Assembly: GCA_050749465.1 (NCBI GenBank)
Contig: JBOGRO010000015.1
Location: 42,341-106,340 of the forward strand
DNA from: Thermoplasmata archaeon
Lineage (GTDB): Archaea; Thermoplasmatota; Thermoplasmata; Lutacidiplasmatales; UBA184
Direction of reading: 5' to 3'
DNA length: 64,000 nucleotides
In this document: positions 28,486-36,853 of the stretch, piece by piece
Position numbering within the stretch: position 1 is the stretch's first letter
Layout: every line of letters starts with the position of its first letter
Program-made: the position numbers and the translations under genes
The notes under the pieces: model-generated
Told to the model about the DNA's origin: nothing
Seen by the model: only the letters and a program-made list of their open reading frames with translations
Databases searched by the model: none

Positions 28486-30226
28486 TCGTCATCACCTCGA
28501 GCGCCCGCGCGACGATCTCGTGCGGGTAAAACGGTTCGCCGTCGTACTTGAGCAAGCGCTCCGATAGGTGGAGACCGGTCTCGGCGCGCAGGAGGTGCCC
28601 GAACTGGCCGGAATAGTTCGCCTCGACCAGGAGCGTTCGCCGCGTCTTCGCGATCTCCGCGTGCACCCGCTCCGCGTCGAGCGGGTAGACGGTGGGGAAC
28701 CGCAACAGGTTCGTGGCCCGTCCCTGGGCGGCGAGGACCACCATCGCGTCCCGCACCGCGCCGATCGTGGAGCCCCAGGCGACGAACGTGAGGCCGGCGC
28801 CCGGGGGCCCCTCCCACTGGGGAGGCTCCGCCACCGCCGCGATCCCGCGGAGCTTCCGCATTCGCTTGTCCATCATTCGGACCCGCTCGTTGACCCAGAT
28901 CGGGATCCCCGACTTGACGTCCGAGACGAGGTGGCCCTTCTCGTCGTGCTCGTCGGAGCCCGCGACATACTGAAGCCCCGGCTGCCCGGGCAGCGCGCGG
29001 GGGGAGACGCCGGAGTCGGTGTACTGATAGCGCTTGTAATCGTCACCGTTCGACCGGACCGTGAGGAGCGACGGGACGTCGATGTTGGTTGGGATCTCCT
29101 CGCGGTCGACCGTCATCATGTTCTCGGAGAGGTGCAGGTCGCTCGCGACGAGGATCGGCGTCTGCCACGCCTCGGCGAGCTCGAACGCGGTAACGGTCGC
29201 GCGGTACGCTTCGGCGGGGTGAGACGGTGCGAGGATCGCCCGCGGGAACTCTCCTTGGCCGGCGCCGAGCATCAGGTTCAGGTCCCCTTGCTCGGTCTTC
29301 GTCGGAAGACCGGTCGACGGTCCCGAGCGTTGCGACTCGACGACGACGAGCGGGGTCTCGGTCATCCCCGCCATCCCGAGCGCCTCGACCATGAGCGAAA
29401 AACCTCCGCCACTGGTCGCGGTCATCGACCGGACGCCTCCGAACGACGCGCCGATCGCCATGTTGATCGCGGCGAGCTCGTCCTCGGCCTGTTTCACGAC
29501 CACGCCGAGGCTTTGGGAGTGGGCGGCCATCCAATGCATGATCGAGGAGGCCGGGGTCATCGGGTACTGGGCGAGGAACTTGCAGCCCGCGGCCGCGGCG
29601 CCGAGCGCGATCGCCGCGTTCCCGGTCATCAGGAGCTTCGGGGCCCCCCGCTTTGAGATCGCGCGGTCGCTCGCCCCCGCGTGCTGCTGCGCGAAGTCGT
29701 AGCCCGCCCGGCTCGCGCCGACGTTCCACTCGACGACGTCGCCCGCCTTCTTTCCGAAGGAGTCGCGCAAGACCTCGTGGAGTAGGTCGAGCGGGATCCC
29801 GGCCAAGTAGGCCGAAGCGCCCATGCCGGCGGCGTTCTGGAGGATCGACTGGCTCGTATACTTGCGCGCGAACTCGAGCGTCGGGACACCGAGCGCCCGG
29901 ACCCCCGCGGGGAGTTCGGAGTCCGCGACCGCGAACTTCTCGGGGTCGTAGACGACCGTACCGCCCTGGCGGAGGGACGGCGCGTGGATCGCGACCGTCT
30001 GTTTGTCGAGCGCGTACAGGACGTCGGCGTGGTCCCCCTGGGAGTACGGTCGCGCCGCGGCGGTCCGAGCCTGGAACCAGACGTGCCCGCCTCGGATCAC
30101 CGACTGGTAAGCGTTGAGCCCGAAAACGTGCCAGCCCATCCGGGAGAAGCACCGGGAGATCGTCTCGCCGATCGAGGCGATCCCGTCCCCGGCCTGGCCG
30201 CCGGTGCGCACGGCAAGATCTTCCAT
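28475..30226 (-). CDS. korA: 2-oxoacid:ferredoxin oxidoreductase alpha subunit (gamma-alpha fusion).
   Basis: The gamma-domain N-terminus reads MEDLAVRTGGQAGDGIASIGE, followed by the alpha domain. The start is set at the internal ATG, because the 87 upstream codons are Arg/Ser-rich. Confidence 0.9.
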   Translation of the reverse strand: MEDLAVRTGGQAGDGIASIGETISRCFSRMGWHVFGLNAYQSVIRGGHVWFQARTAAARPYSQGDHADVLYALDKQTVAIHAPSLRQGGTVVYDPEKFAVADSELPAGVRALGVPTLEFARKYTSQSILQNAAGMGASAYLAGIPLDLLHEVLRDSFGKKAGDVVEWNVGASRAGYDFAQQHAGASDRAISKRGAPKLLMTGNAAIALGAAAAGCKFLAQYPMTPASSIMHWMAAHSQSLGVVVKQAEDELAAINMAIGASFGGVRSMTATSGGGFSLMVEALGMAGMTETPLVVVESQRSGPSTGLPTKTEQGDLNLMLGAGQGEFPRAILAPSHPAEAYRATVTAFELAEAWQTPILVASDLHLSENMMTVDREEIPTNIDVPSLLTVRSNGDDYKRYQYTDSGVSPRALPGQPGLQYVAGSDEHDEKGHLVSDVKSGIPIWVNERVRMMDKRMRKLRGIAAVAEPPQWEGPPGAGLTFVAWGSTIGAVRDAMVVLAAQGRATNLLRFPTVYPLDAERVHAEIAKTRRTLLVEANYSGQFGHLLRAETGLHLSERLLKYDGEPFYPHEIVARALEVMTNGG

Positions 30227-30249
30227 CGACGGTTTGAGTCCGTCGTGCG

Positions 30250-30256
30250 TATTAAT
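30250..30256. promoter_or_regulatory. TATA-like TATTAAT in the korA/moaD divergent intergenic region.
   Basis: The only AT-rich heptamer in the region. Confidence 0.3.
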
Positions 30257-30308
30257 CGGTTGTGTGGTGGGGGCAATCCTTACGCGACCCGTGCGTGTCC
30301 GGTCGCCC

Positions 30309-30566
30309 ATGCCCCGACCCGTCCGTGTCCGGCTTTTCGCGACGGCTCGCACCGCGGTGGGGCGAGCCGAGCTCGAGTGGCCGGTCCCGACCGAAGGCAT
30401 CCCCGCCGGGAGGCTCGCCCGACAGATCGCGGAGGTGTACCCGGCCCTCGCGCCGACGCTCCGCGTCTGCCGGCTCGTCCGCAACGGTCAGTATGTCGAT
30501 CGGACCCGCGACCGAATTCGGCCCGGGGACGAGTTCGCGATCCACCCGCCGTACGGGGGAGGCTAG
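30309..30566 (+). CDS. moaD: MoaD/ThiS-family small sulfur-carrier protein ending in Gly-Gly-Gly.
   Basis: 85 aa, ending ...AIHPPYGGG. It lies immediately upstream of moaE. Confidence 0.75.
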   Translation: MPRPVRVRLFATARTAVGRAELEWPVPTEGIPAGRLARQIAEVYPALAPTLRVCRLVRNGQYVDRTRDRIRPGDEFAIHPPYGGG

Positions 30567-30569
30567 GCG

Positions 30570-31010
30570 GTGTCGCTGCGATTGACCGCCCGTCCGCTCT
30601 CGATTTCGGCCGCGTTCCGCGAGCTCGAACGCCCGGGCCTCGGAGGGGTCGTGCTGTTCGCGGGGCGGGTTCGGCCGGATCGCTCGGGCAGCACCCGGGT
30701 CGTCGCGCTCGACTACGAGGTCCACGAAGGTCCCGCACGTCAGGTCCTCGCCGAGATCGACCGGAGCGCCAAACGCCGTTTCGGGGTGACCCGCACGGTT
30801 CTGTGGCACCGGGTCGGCCGAGTGGCGGCCGGCGAGGTCTCGGTCATCGTCGGCGCGTCCGCCGCGCACCGATCCTCCGCGTTCCTCGGGGCCCGCTACC
30901 TGATCGACCGGCTGAAGGAGACCGTTCCGATCTGGAAGTCGGATCGAGCACCCTTCGCACGGCGACCGCGACGGACCCGTCGTCCGCGGGCCGGACGAAC
31001 GTCGGACTAG
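30570..31010 (+). CDS. moaE: Molybdopterin synthase catalytic subunit MoaE.
   Basis: MoaE-like sequence: GGVVLFAGRVR...ALDYEVHEG...VGEVSVIVGASAAHRSSAF. GTG start. Confidence 0.8.
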   Translation: MSLRLTARPLSISAAFRELERPGLGGVVLFAGRVRPDRSGSTRVVALDYEVHEGPARQVLAEIDRSAKRRFGVTRTVLWHRVGRVAAGEVSVIVGASAAHRSSAFLGARYLIDRLKETVPIWKSDRAPFARRPRRTRRPRAGRTSD

Positions 31011-31056
31011 GGCCGAGTTCGGCGATCCCGGGCATCCGAGGGCGTGTTGGGCATGC

Positions 31057-31063
31057 CCTTGTT
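31057..31063 (+). promoter_or_regulatory. TATA box (TTATATA) about 28 nt upstream of the mrp ATG.
   Basis: Its position implies a leaderless or near-leaderless transcript. Confidence 0.3.
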
Positions 31064-31090
31064 ATATAGCCCGCCCGGCGTTCTTTTGCC

Positions 31091-31963
31091 GTGACGGCGA
31101 CACCGAGTCCGGGCCCCGGCCATCCGCCGTCCGCGTCGCCGCACTCGGGTCCGGCCCGCGGCCGTCCGGGCGGTCTGCTGCAGCGGATGGACAAGGGACT
31201 GATCCGCCACGTCGTTGCGGTCGGGAGCGGCAAGGGCGGCGTCGGGAAATCTTCCGTGACCGCGCTCGTCGCGACCGAGTTGCGACGACGGGGCCTCGCC
31301 GTCGGGATCCTGGACGCCGACATCACCGGGCCCTCGATCCCGAAGCTGCTCGGTCTCACCGGCCCCTTGACCGATGCCGGCGAGGGGATCGAGCCCGCGA
31401 CCTCCCGCACCGGCCTCCCCGTCGTCTCCTCCCAGTTCATGGTCGAGGACGAGCAGGCGCCCGTCATCTGGCGGGGCCCGCTCGTTACTCGACTGATCAC
31501 GCAGTTCTTCGGCGGGGTCCACTGGGGGCGACTCGACTACCTCCTCATCGACATGCCGCCCGGGACGAGCGACGTTCCGCTGACCGTCTTTCAGACGATC
31601 CCGATCGACGGCATGGTCTTCGTGCTCACGCCACAGGACCTTGCCGCGCTGATCGTGAAGAAAGCGATGAACATGGCGCGGGACCTCCACGTGTCGTTGC
31701 TCGGGGTGGTCGAGAACATGTCATGGATCGACTGCCCCCACTGCCACGAGCGGATCGAGCTGTTCGGACCCGGGACGGTCCAGCGCGTCGCGGAGGAGTA
31801 CGGCATCCCTATCCTGAGTCGGCTCCCGCTCGCGCCCGCCCTCTCGGGCCTCGCCGACGCGGGGCGGCTCGACGAGTACGCCTCCCCCGAGCTCACGGCG
31901 CTCGTCGACGCGCTCATCGCGAAGGTCGACGAGATCACGAAGGAATCGCCGACGATGCTGTAG
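31091..31963 (+). CDS. apbC: Mrp/NBP35/ApbC family Fe-S cluster carrier ATPase.
   Basis: A deviant Walker A motif (GSGKGGVGKSS) and the CPHC motif. The N-terminal 32 aa are low-complexity; an alternative start is at MDKGLIRH (about 31187). Confidence 0.9.
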   Translation: MTATPSPGPGHPPSASPHSGPARGRPGGLLQRMDKGLIRHVVAVGSGKGGVGKSSVTALVATELRRRGLAVGILDADITGPSIPKLLGLTGPLTDAGEGIEPATSRTGLPVVSSQFMVEDEQAPVIWRGPLVTRLITQFFGGVHWGRLDYLLIDMPPGTSDVPLTVFQTIPIDGMVFVLTPQDLAALIVKKAMNMARDLHVSLLGVVENMSWIDCPHCHERIELFGPGTVQRVAEEYGIPILSRLPLAPALSGLADAGRLDEYASPELTALVDALIAKVDEITKESPTML

Positions 31964-32651
31964 CCGCGCGCAGCTCGCGGAATCGCACCGACTCGACCGG
32001 CACTCCGCGTCGGCCGAGCGCCGCGCGGAGGCCGTCCAGGTGGGCGTCCCCGACGACGACCGCCATCCGTCCGAACCCCTGCGTGCGCAGCGCGGCGAGA
32101 CGGTCCGCCATGTGTTCGTTCCGCTCGTCGAGGAGGACGCGCGCGAGCGTCGGGCTCGTCCGGCGCAGCTCGGCGGTGTAATCCTCGGGGGAATCCGCGT
32201 ACCGCTGGACCTCCCGTTCGACCATGCGCGCCGGAACGAAGAGCGCGACGACCGCGCCGACCAAGAGTCCGACCCGCTCCTTAAACGGCATCCGACGCAC
32301 GAGCTCGAGCAGCGTCCCGCGCAGCGGGTCGTCGATGAGGAAGACCGGTAGGTTCCGCTCCCGGGCGAGCTGCGCGGCGACCTTCATCTCTGCCCCCGGC
32401 CCCCCGCCGCCGATCTCGGCGCCGAGACGGCGCTGGACCCGTGCCCAGAGCTGCGCAAAGAGCGGCGCCCCGGCCGCGCGCCCGTTCCCATGCGCCTCCC
32501 CGAGGAGCACCGCCGCGCGCTCCTGGTCGACCTCGATCGCGACCCCGTCCAACGTGCGGTCCCCGAGCAGACGACGCAACGGAGCCTCGAGGTCGATCAC
32601 GTGTGCGGTGCCGACCAGCAGCACCGGGCTTTGGGTCGTGGAGGCGTACAC
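31935..32651 (-). CDS. TraB/GumN family protein.
   Basis: Contains LLVGTAHV...VVGDAHLDGL. Start assigned to an internal GTG; the upstream part of the ORF-track ORF is Arg-rich. Confidence 0.55.
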   Translation of the reverse strand: MYASTTQSPVLLVGTAHVIDLEAPLRRLLGDRTLDGVAIEVDQERAAVLLGEAHGNGRAAGAPLFAQLWARVQRRLGAEIGGGGPGAEMKVAAQLARERNLPVFLIDDPLRGTLLELVRRMPFKERVGLLVGAVVALFVPARMVEREVQRYADSPEDYTAELRRTSPTLARVLLDERNEHMADRLAALRTQGFGRMAVVVGDAHLDGLRAALGRRGVPVESVRFRELRAATASSAIPS

Positions 32652-32738
32652 GGAAAGACCACCCGGTCGCTCCGTATCTCCCTTCGCCCCGACCGGCGCG
32701 CACAAGCCCCTTATAGGGAGGCGCGGTCGGCGGACCGC

Positions 32739-33041
32739 ATGGCCTGGACGCTCCTCTCCATTCCATCGGCGAAGCGTGCCGAGCTCGATGCGGCCCTGCG
32801 CGACGACCTCCTCTCCCGGCAGAGCCAGAAGGTCCGGGAGGCGAAAGCGGTCGGCGGTCCCTCCGACACGACATACGTGCTCCTCGAAGGTTCGGCGGAG
32901 GCGATCGGACGGGCCGACGCGCTCCTCGCGCCATTGGGCACGAAGCTCCCGGGACCCGAGGCCGAAGCGCTCTATCGCCGCTTCAAGGACGAGGAAGAGT
33001 CCGCGTCCGCGGGGATGGGGCTCTTCTTCACCGAGGAGTGA
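32739..33041 (+). CDS. Hypothetical 100-aa protein with an acidic C-terminal GMGLFF tail.
   Basis: The internal ATG of ORF 32490..33041. The protein is helical and its C-terminus (EEESASAGMGLFFTEE) is reminiscent of ribosomal stalk P1/L12 tails. Confidence 0.4.
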   Translation: MAWTLLSIPSAKRAELDAALRDDLLSRQSQKVREAKAVGGPSDTTYVLLEGSAEAIGRADALLAPLGTKLPGPEAEALYRRFKDEEESASAGMGLFFTEE

Positions 33042-33045
33042 CCGA

Positions 33046-33837
33046 TCACTCCGGTGCCGGCGCGTGCGACGGGTCGAGGTCCTCGCCGCCCGCGAAGACG
33101 CGCTGGGCGGACTGGTAGAGCGACTCGAGGCCGGTCCCGTCCTTCGCCGAGGTCGCGACGAGCCCCGCGAGCGGACCGAGCGTCTCGATCGCACGGAAGA
33201 GCTCGGTCGAGAGCTGGACGTCCGGGGTCGGCGCGTCGCGCGTCACTGCGTCGTGGAGCTCCCGGGGGTCCTGCGCCCATCGCAGGAGCTCCTCGAGCTG
33301 CTCCGCGGTCAGCACGTCCGCCTTCGCGAGGACGTTGACCATCGGGAGGCGGAAGCGGAACTCGACCGTCGCGCTGAGCATCAGGAGCGAGACGTACCCC
33401 GCCGGAGTCCGGGCGAGCGCGGGGTCGAAGAGGAAGGCTACCTGGGAGCGGTCGCCGCTGAGCGCGTCGACGATCGCCTTGGACGCCTCGCGGAACGCGA
33501 AGAGCTCGACCTGCCCGGGCGTGTCGATGAGGACGTAGTCTGTCTTCAGTTCGTCGATCGCCTGCTTGACGTCGAAGATCTTGAGCGCGATCATATCCGC
33601 CGCGGCGACCTGCGCGCCGTTCGGCCCGAGACCGTACTCGTCCATCACGTCGGAGAGCCGGACCCACTCGCGGATGTCGACCGCCGGGTCGAGCGTCGCC
33701 GACTCGCTGCCCGGGTCGAGGTTGACGACCGTCGCCTCGTAACCGGCGCTCTTCATCCAGTCGGCGAAGGCCCGAACGAGCGTGCTCTTGCCGGCCCCGG
33801 CCGTGCCGGTGAAGTAGATCGTCCCCGGTTCTTCCAT
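33046..33837 (-). CDS. GPN-loop GTPase.
   Basis: Contains GTAGAGKST, DPG and LGPNG (the GPN motif). 263 aa. Confidence 0.85.
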   Translation of the reverse strand: MEEPGTIYFTGTAGAGKSTLVRAFADWMKSAGYEATVVNLDPGSESATLDPAVDIREWVRLSDVMDEYGLGPNGAQVAAADMIALKIFDVKQAIDELKTDYVLIDTPGQVELFAFREASKAIVDALSGDRSQVAFLFDPALARTPAGYVSLLMLSATVEFRFRLPMVNVLAKADVLTAEQLEELLRWAQDPRELHDAVTRDAPTPDVQLSTELFRAIETLGPLAGLVATSAKDGTGLESLYQSAQRVFAGGEDLDPSHAPAPE

Positions 33838-33839
33838 CG

Positions 33840-34139
33840 CTACTTCTTCGCCGCGGCGGGGCGGTGCTTCTTCAGGTCCGCCGCCAAGAGGCGCAGGAAG
33901 CGGGCCTTCGTCGTGCCGTCGCGCTTCGAGACCTTCACGCGCCCCTCGTGGGCGGCGGCGCGGGGCGGGTAGTGCTTCTCCGGCTCGGCCTCGGCCTTGA
34001 AACCGAGGCGACGCGCCGCCTGCAGGATCTCCTCGCCGGTAACCTCGACGAGCGCGTCCGCTTCCGGAAGTCGGCGACCATCCTTGCGCGAGAGGCCTCG
34101 CCCGAGGTAGGCGGGATAGACGTAGAAATGCTCGGGCAT
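33840..34139 (-). CDS. srp19: Signal recognition particle protein SRP19.
   Basis: 99 aa; the sequence YVYPAYLGRGLSRKDGRR is SRP19-like. Confidence 0.85.
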   Translation of the reverse strand: MPEHFYVYPAYLGRGLSRKDGRRLPEADALVEVTGEEILQAARRLGFKAEAEPEKHYPPRAAAHEGRVKVSKRDGTTKARFLRLLAADLKKHRPAAAKK

Positions 34140-34158
34140 GGGCGACGCCGGCGCCGCC

Positions 34159-34557
34159 CTACGGCGGGCTCGGCGGGGCCGCGACGCGGACCCCGTTGAG
34201 GATCCCGTCCTGGCCCGGACGCGAGCGGACGCGCACGAGGCCCACGTCGGTCTCGAGGATCGCGCCCTTGGTGATGATGTTCCGTTGGATGTAGTTGGGG
34301 TTCGCCGGGTTCTCGCGCACGGTGATGACCTTCGCCGGCTGGATCTTCCGGGCCGCCGGGTCGTAGACGTTGATCGTCTGGGTGGTCAGGATCCGCAACT
34401 TGACGTTCGCGCCGCGGACACGGTACGGCTTCACGGTCCCTGCGCCGATCGTCGCATGTTGGAGCTCACGGCCGATCTCGAATCGCCGCTTCTTGCGAAT
34501 CGGCCGAAGGCGCCCGCCCGTGCGTTTGCGTCGCGAGCGACCTTGCCAGATTCCCAT
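34159..34557 (-). CDS. rps8e: 30S ribosomal protein S8e.
   Basis: MGIWQGRSRRKRTGGRLRPIRKKRRFEIGR is the S8e N-terminus. Confidence 0.9.
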   Translation of the reverse strand: MGIWQGRSRRKRTGGRLRPIRKKRRFEIGRELQHATIGAGTVKPYRVRGANVKLRILTTQTINVYDPAARKIQPAKVITVRENPANPNYIQRNIITKGAILETDVGLVRVRSRPGQDGILNGVRVAAPPSPP

Positions 34558-34714
34558 CGTTGACCTCGGAGGGTCCGTGCGAGCGGGGTACCGTATATGA
34601 GGTTTATCGAAAGCGAGCGACGGCGACGGCCCGCCCGGCCCCGGCCGTCACCGGTCGGAGGGCATCCCGCGCGCGAAGGCCCTTAAGGACGGGCCGCGCT
34701 CGGGACGAGGGGGG

Positions 34715-35380
34715 ACGACCGCGGAGCGGATCCTCGGGATCGATGAGGCCGGTCGCGGCAGCGTGCTCGGACCGCTCGTGGTCGGCGGGTTCTGCTGTGC
34801 GGCGGACCGGCTGCCCGACCTGGCCGCCACCGGCGTCCGGGACTCGAAGGCGCTCTCGCCGGAGCGCCGGAACGCGGTCTACTCAAGGCTCCGCGCGATC
34901 GGTGAGCGGCGCTCCTTCGCCCTCGCCCCCCGTACGATCGACCGCTACGTCGCCCGGGGCGGCCTGAACGAGCTCGAGCTCGAAACGTTCGCGACCCTCG
35001 TCCGCGCGCTCCGCCCCGACGTCGCGTACGTGGACGCGTGCGACCCGAACGCCGAGCGATTCGGCCGACGCCTCGCGTCGCTCGCGGGGATCACGACTCG
35101 CATCGTGAGCCGCCACCACGCCGACCGCGACGTGCCGGTCGTGAGCGCGGCGTCGGTCGTGGCGAAGGTGCGCCGGGACGCGGCGCTCGAACGCCTCCGC
35201 CGCGGCGCCGAGGAGGCGCTGGGGAGCGGTTACCCGTCCGACCCGGCGACGCAGGAGTGCGTCCGCCGACATGTGTCCGACGGGGGCCGAGTACCGCCCT
35301 GGATGCGGCGTTCGTGGGCCACGGTGCAAAGGGTTAAGCGCGCCCGTCCGGCTCGGACGCTGGACGGCGGGGACGGATGA
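34715..35380 (+). CDS. rnhB: Ribonuclease HII with an unresolved start (no canonical start codon upstream of the catalytic motif).
   Basis: ILGIDEAGRGSVLGPLVVGG is the RNase HII active-site N-terminus. The first ATG/GTG/TTG in the frame after the upstream stop at 34598-34600 is the GTG at 34763, which lies inside the motif. Codon ACG at 34715-34717 sits where the Met is expected. Confidence 0.75.
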   Translation, partial: TTAERILGIDEAGRGSVLGPLVVGGFCCAADRLPDLAATGVRDSKALSPERRNAVYSRLRAIGERRSFALAPRTIDRYVARGGLNELELETFATLVRALRPDVAYVDACDPNAERFGRRLASLAGITTRIVSRHHADRDVPVVSAASVVAKVRRDAALERLRRGAEEALGSGYPSDPATQECVRRHVSDGGRVPPWMRRSWATVQRVKRARPARTLDGGDG

Positions 35381-35712
35381 CGGTCGAGGAGACGCTCGCG
35401 TCGCTGGTCGACCGGTTCAACCGCAAGGCGGCGCGCACTCCGGCGATCGCCGAAGAGCTCGGCAGCCTCGAGCGGACGATCCGGATCCGCCTCACGGACG
35501 AAGGGAACTACGCGGTCGACCTCCGCGCGGGGCGGCTCACGAACCTGCGGACGGCGCCCTCGGGGAACGCGGACGTCACGATCACGACCGACGTCGCGAC
35601 GTTCCACGGTCTCGTGCATAAGGAGATCGGGCCGATGAAGGCGCTCGTCACCCGCAAGCTCGCGATCGACGGGAGCCTCGAGGACAAGCTGCTCTTCCGC
35701 AAACTGCTCTGA
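35377..35712 (+). CDS. SCP2 sterol-carrier domain protein.
   Basis: 111 aa of SCP2-like sequence, with a 4-nt overlap with rnhB. Confidence 0.7.
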   Translation: MTVEETLASLVDRFNRKAARTPAIAEELGSLERTIRIRLTDEGNYAVDLRAGRLTNLRTAPSGNADVTITTDVATFHGLVHKEIGPMKALVTRKLAIDGSLEDKLLFRKLL

Positions 35713-35737
35713 CGGTCGGCGTCGCGGGACGGACCCG

Positions 35738-36238
35738 TTACGGCAGGAAGACGCACGCCGCGATGCAGACGCCGTAGTGGTCCATCGGGATCGAGAGCTC
35801 CTCGGTGCGGTACCGGATCCGGCGGATCTCGACTCCGCGGAAGTGAGCGATCTCCTGCATGCGCCAGCGCAGGAACTCCTTGAGCGACTTCTGGGTTCCG
35901 TGGAGGTGCGCCTCCGCGACGTAGCCGCCCTGGCCGTCCGTGCGGAATCCGTAGGCGATCCCGGCGCTAATGACCTCTCCCTCGCCGCCGGAATACCGCG
36001 CGAGGACCGCATGCGTGATCGCGCCGCGCGCGATCGGCCCGCGGTCGACCTGACGGATCCCGATCGGGAGGACCGACGAGACACTGACCAGGTTCTGGTC
36101 GCCGATCCCGGCCTGGAGGAGCGCGAGGTCGAAGGCGTTGAGCTCGCTCGTCTTGTTGATCCCCTTGCCGCTGGTGACGAAGAACCGCGTCGGGACCGGC
36201 ACGAGCGTCGAGGCGGCGGCGCTATGGCGAGCGGGCAC
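35738..36238 (-). CDS. pdaD: Pyruvoyl-dependent arginine decarboxylase.
   Basis: Contains FFVTSGKG and the Ser-Ser self-cleavage site region (VSVSSVLP). About 166 aa. Confidence 0.85.
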   Translation of the reverse strand: MPARHSAAASTLVPVPTRFFVTSGKGINKTSELNAFDLALLQAGIGDQNLVSVSSVLPIGIRQVDRGPIARGAITHAVLARYSGGEGEVISAGIAYGFRTDGQGGYVAEAHLHGTQKSLKEFLRWRMQEIAHFRGVEIRRIRYRTEELSIPMDHYGVCIAACVFLP

Positions 36239-36283
36239 GAGGGGGCCGGAGGGCCCCTCGACTTTAACCTTTGGCGGCGGGCA

Positions 36284-36853
36284 TCACACCATGATCGCGT
36301 GGCGACGTCGCATCGACTCCTCGCTCTCGCCCCGCAGGCGCATCAGCTCGGCGACGATCGCGTCGGTCAGGCCGAGGCTCGCCGACTCGAAGAGCGTACC
36401 GAGCGGTGCGAGCCGCGGTCGGTCCGCGTCCTCGGGGAAGTCGATCGAGAGCAGCGCGGTCGCGATGTGGGCGAGCTTCGAGGAGGAGCGCCCAGTGAGC
36501 ACGACCAGCTCTGCCCCCTCGCGGCGGACGATGTTCGCCGTCTGGATCGACGAGTAGCTCTCGCCGCGCCCGGAGAGGATGAAGACCGCGTCCCCGCGCC
36601 GGACGATCGGGGTCACGCTCTCGCCGATCACGTAGGCGCGGAGCCCGATCTGAACGAGCCGCATCGCGAACGCGCGGCCGATGATCCCGCTCCGACCCGC
36701 GCCGTAGACGAACGTGGCCGGTGCGCGCGAGAGGATCTCGATGGCTGCGGTAACGGCCGCCGGATCGAGCCGGTCCAGCGACTCCGTGACCCGCTCCGCG
36801 ATGTAGCGTTGGGCGCGGGAGAAGGCGGGCTTGCTATCGGCGTCGGGCGCCAC
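36284..36853 (-). CDS. SIS-domain sugar-phosphate isomerase (6-phospho-3-hexuloisomerase-like).
   Basis: SIS fold: VYGAGRSG...FILSGRGES. Confidence 0.7.
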   Translation of the reverse strand: MAPDADSKPAFSRAQRYIAERVTESLDRLDPAAVTAAIEILSRAPATFVYGAGRSGIIGRAFAMRLVQIGLRAYVIGESVTPIVRRGDAVFILSGRGESYSSIQTANIVRREGAELVVLTGRSSSKLAHIATALLSIDFPEDADRPRLAPLGTLFESASLGLTDAIVAELMRLRGESEESMRRRHAIMV

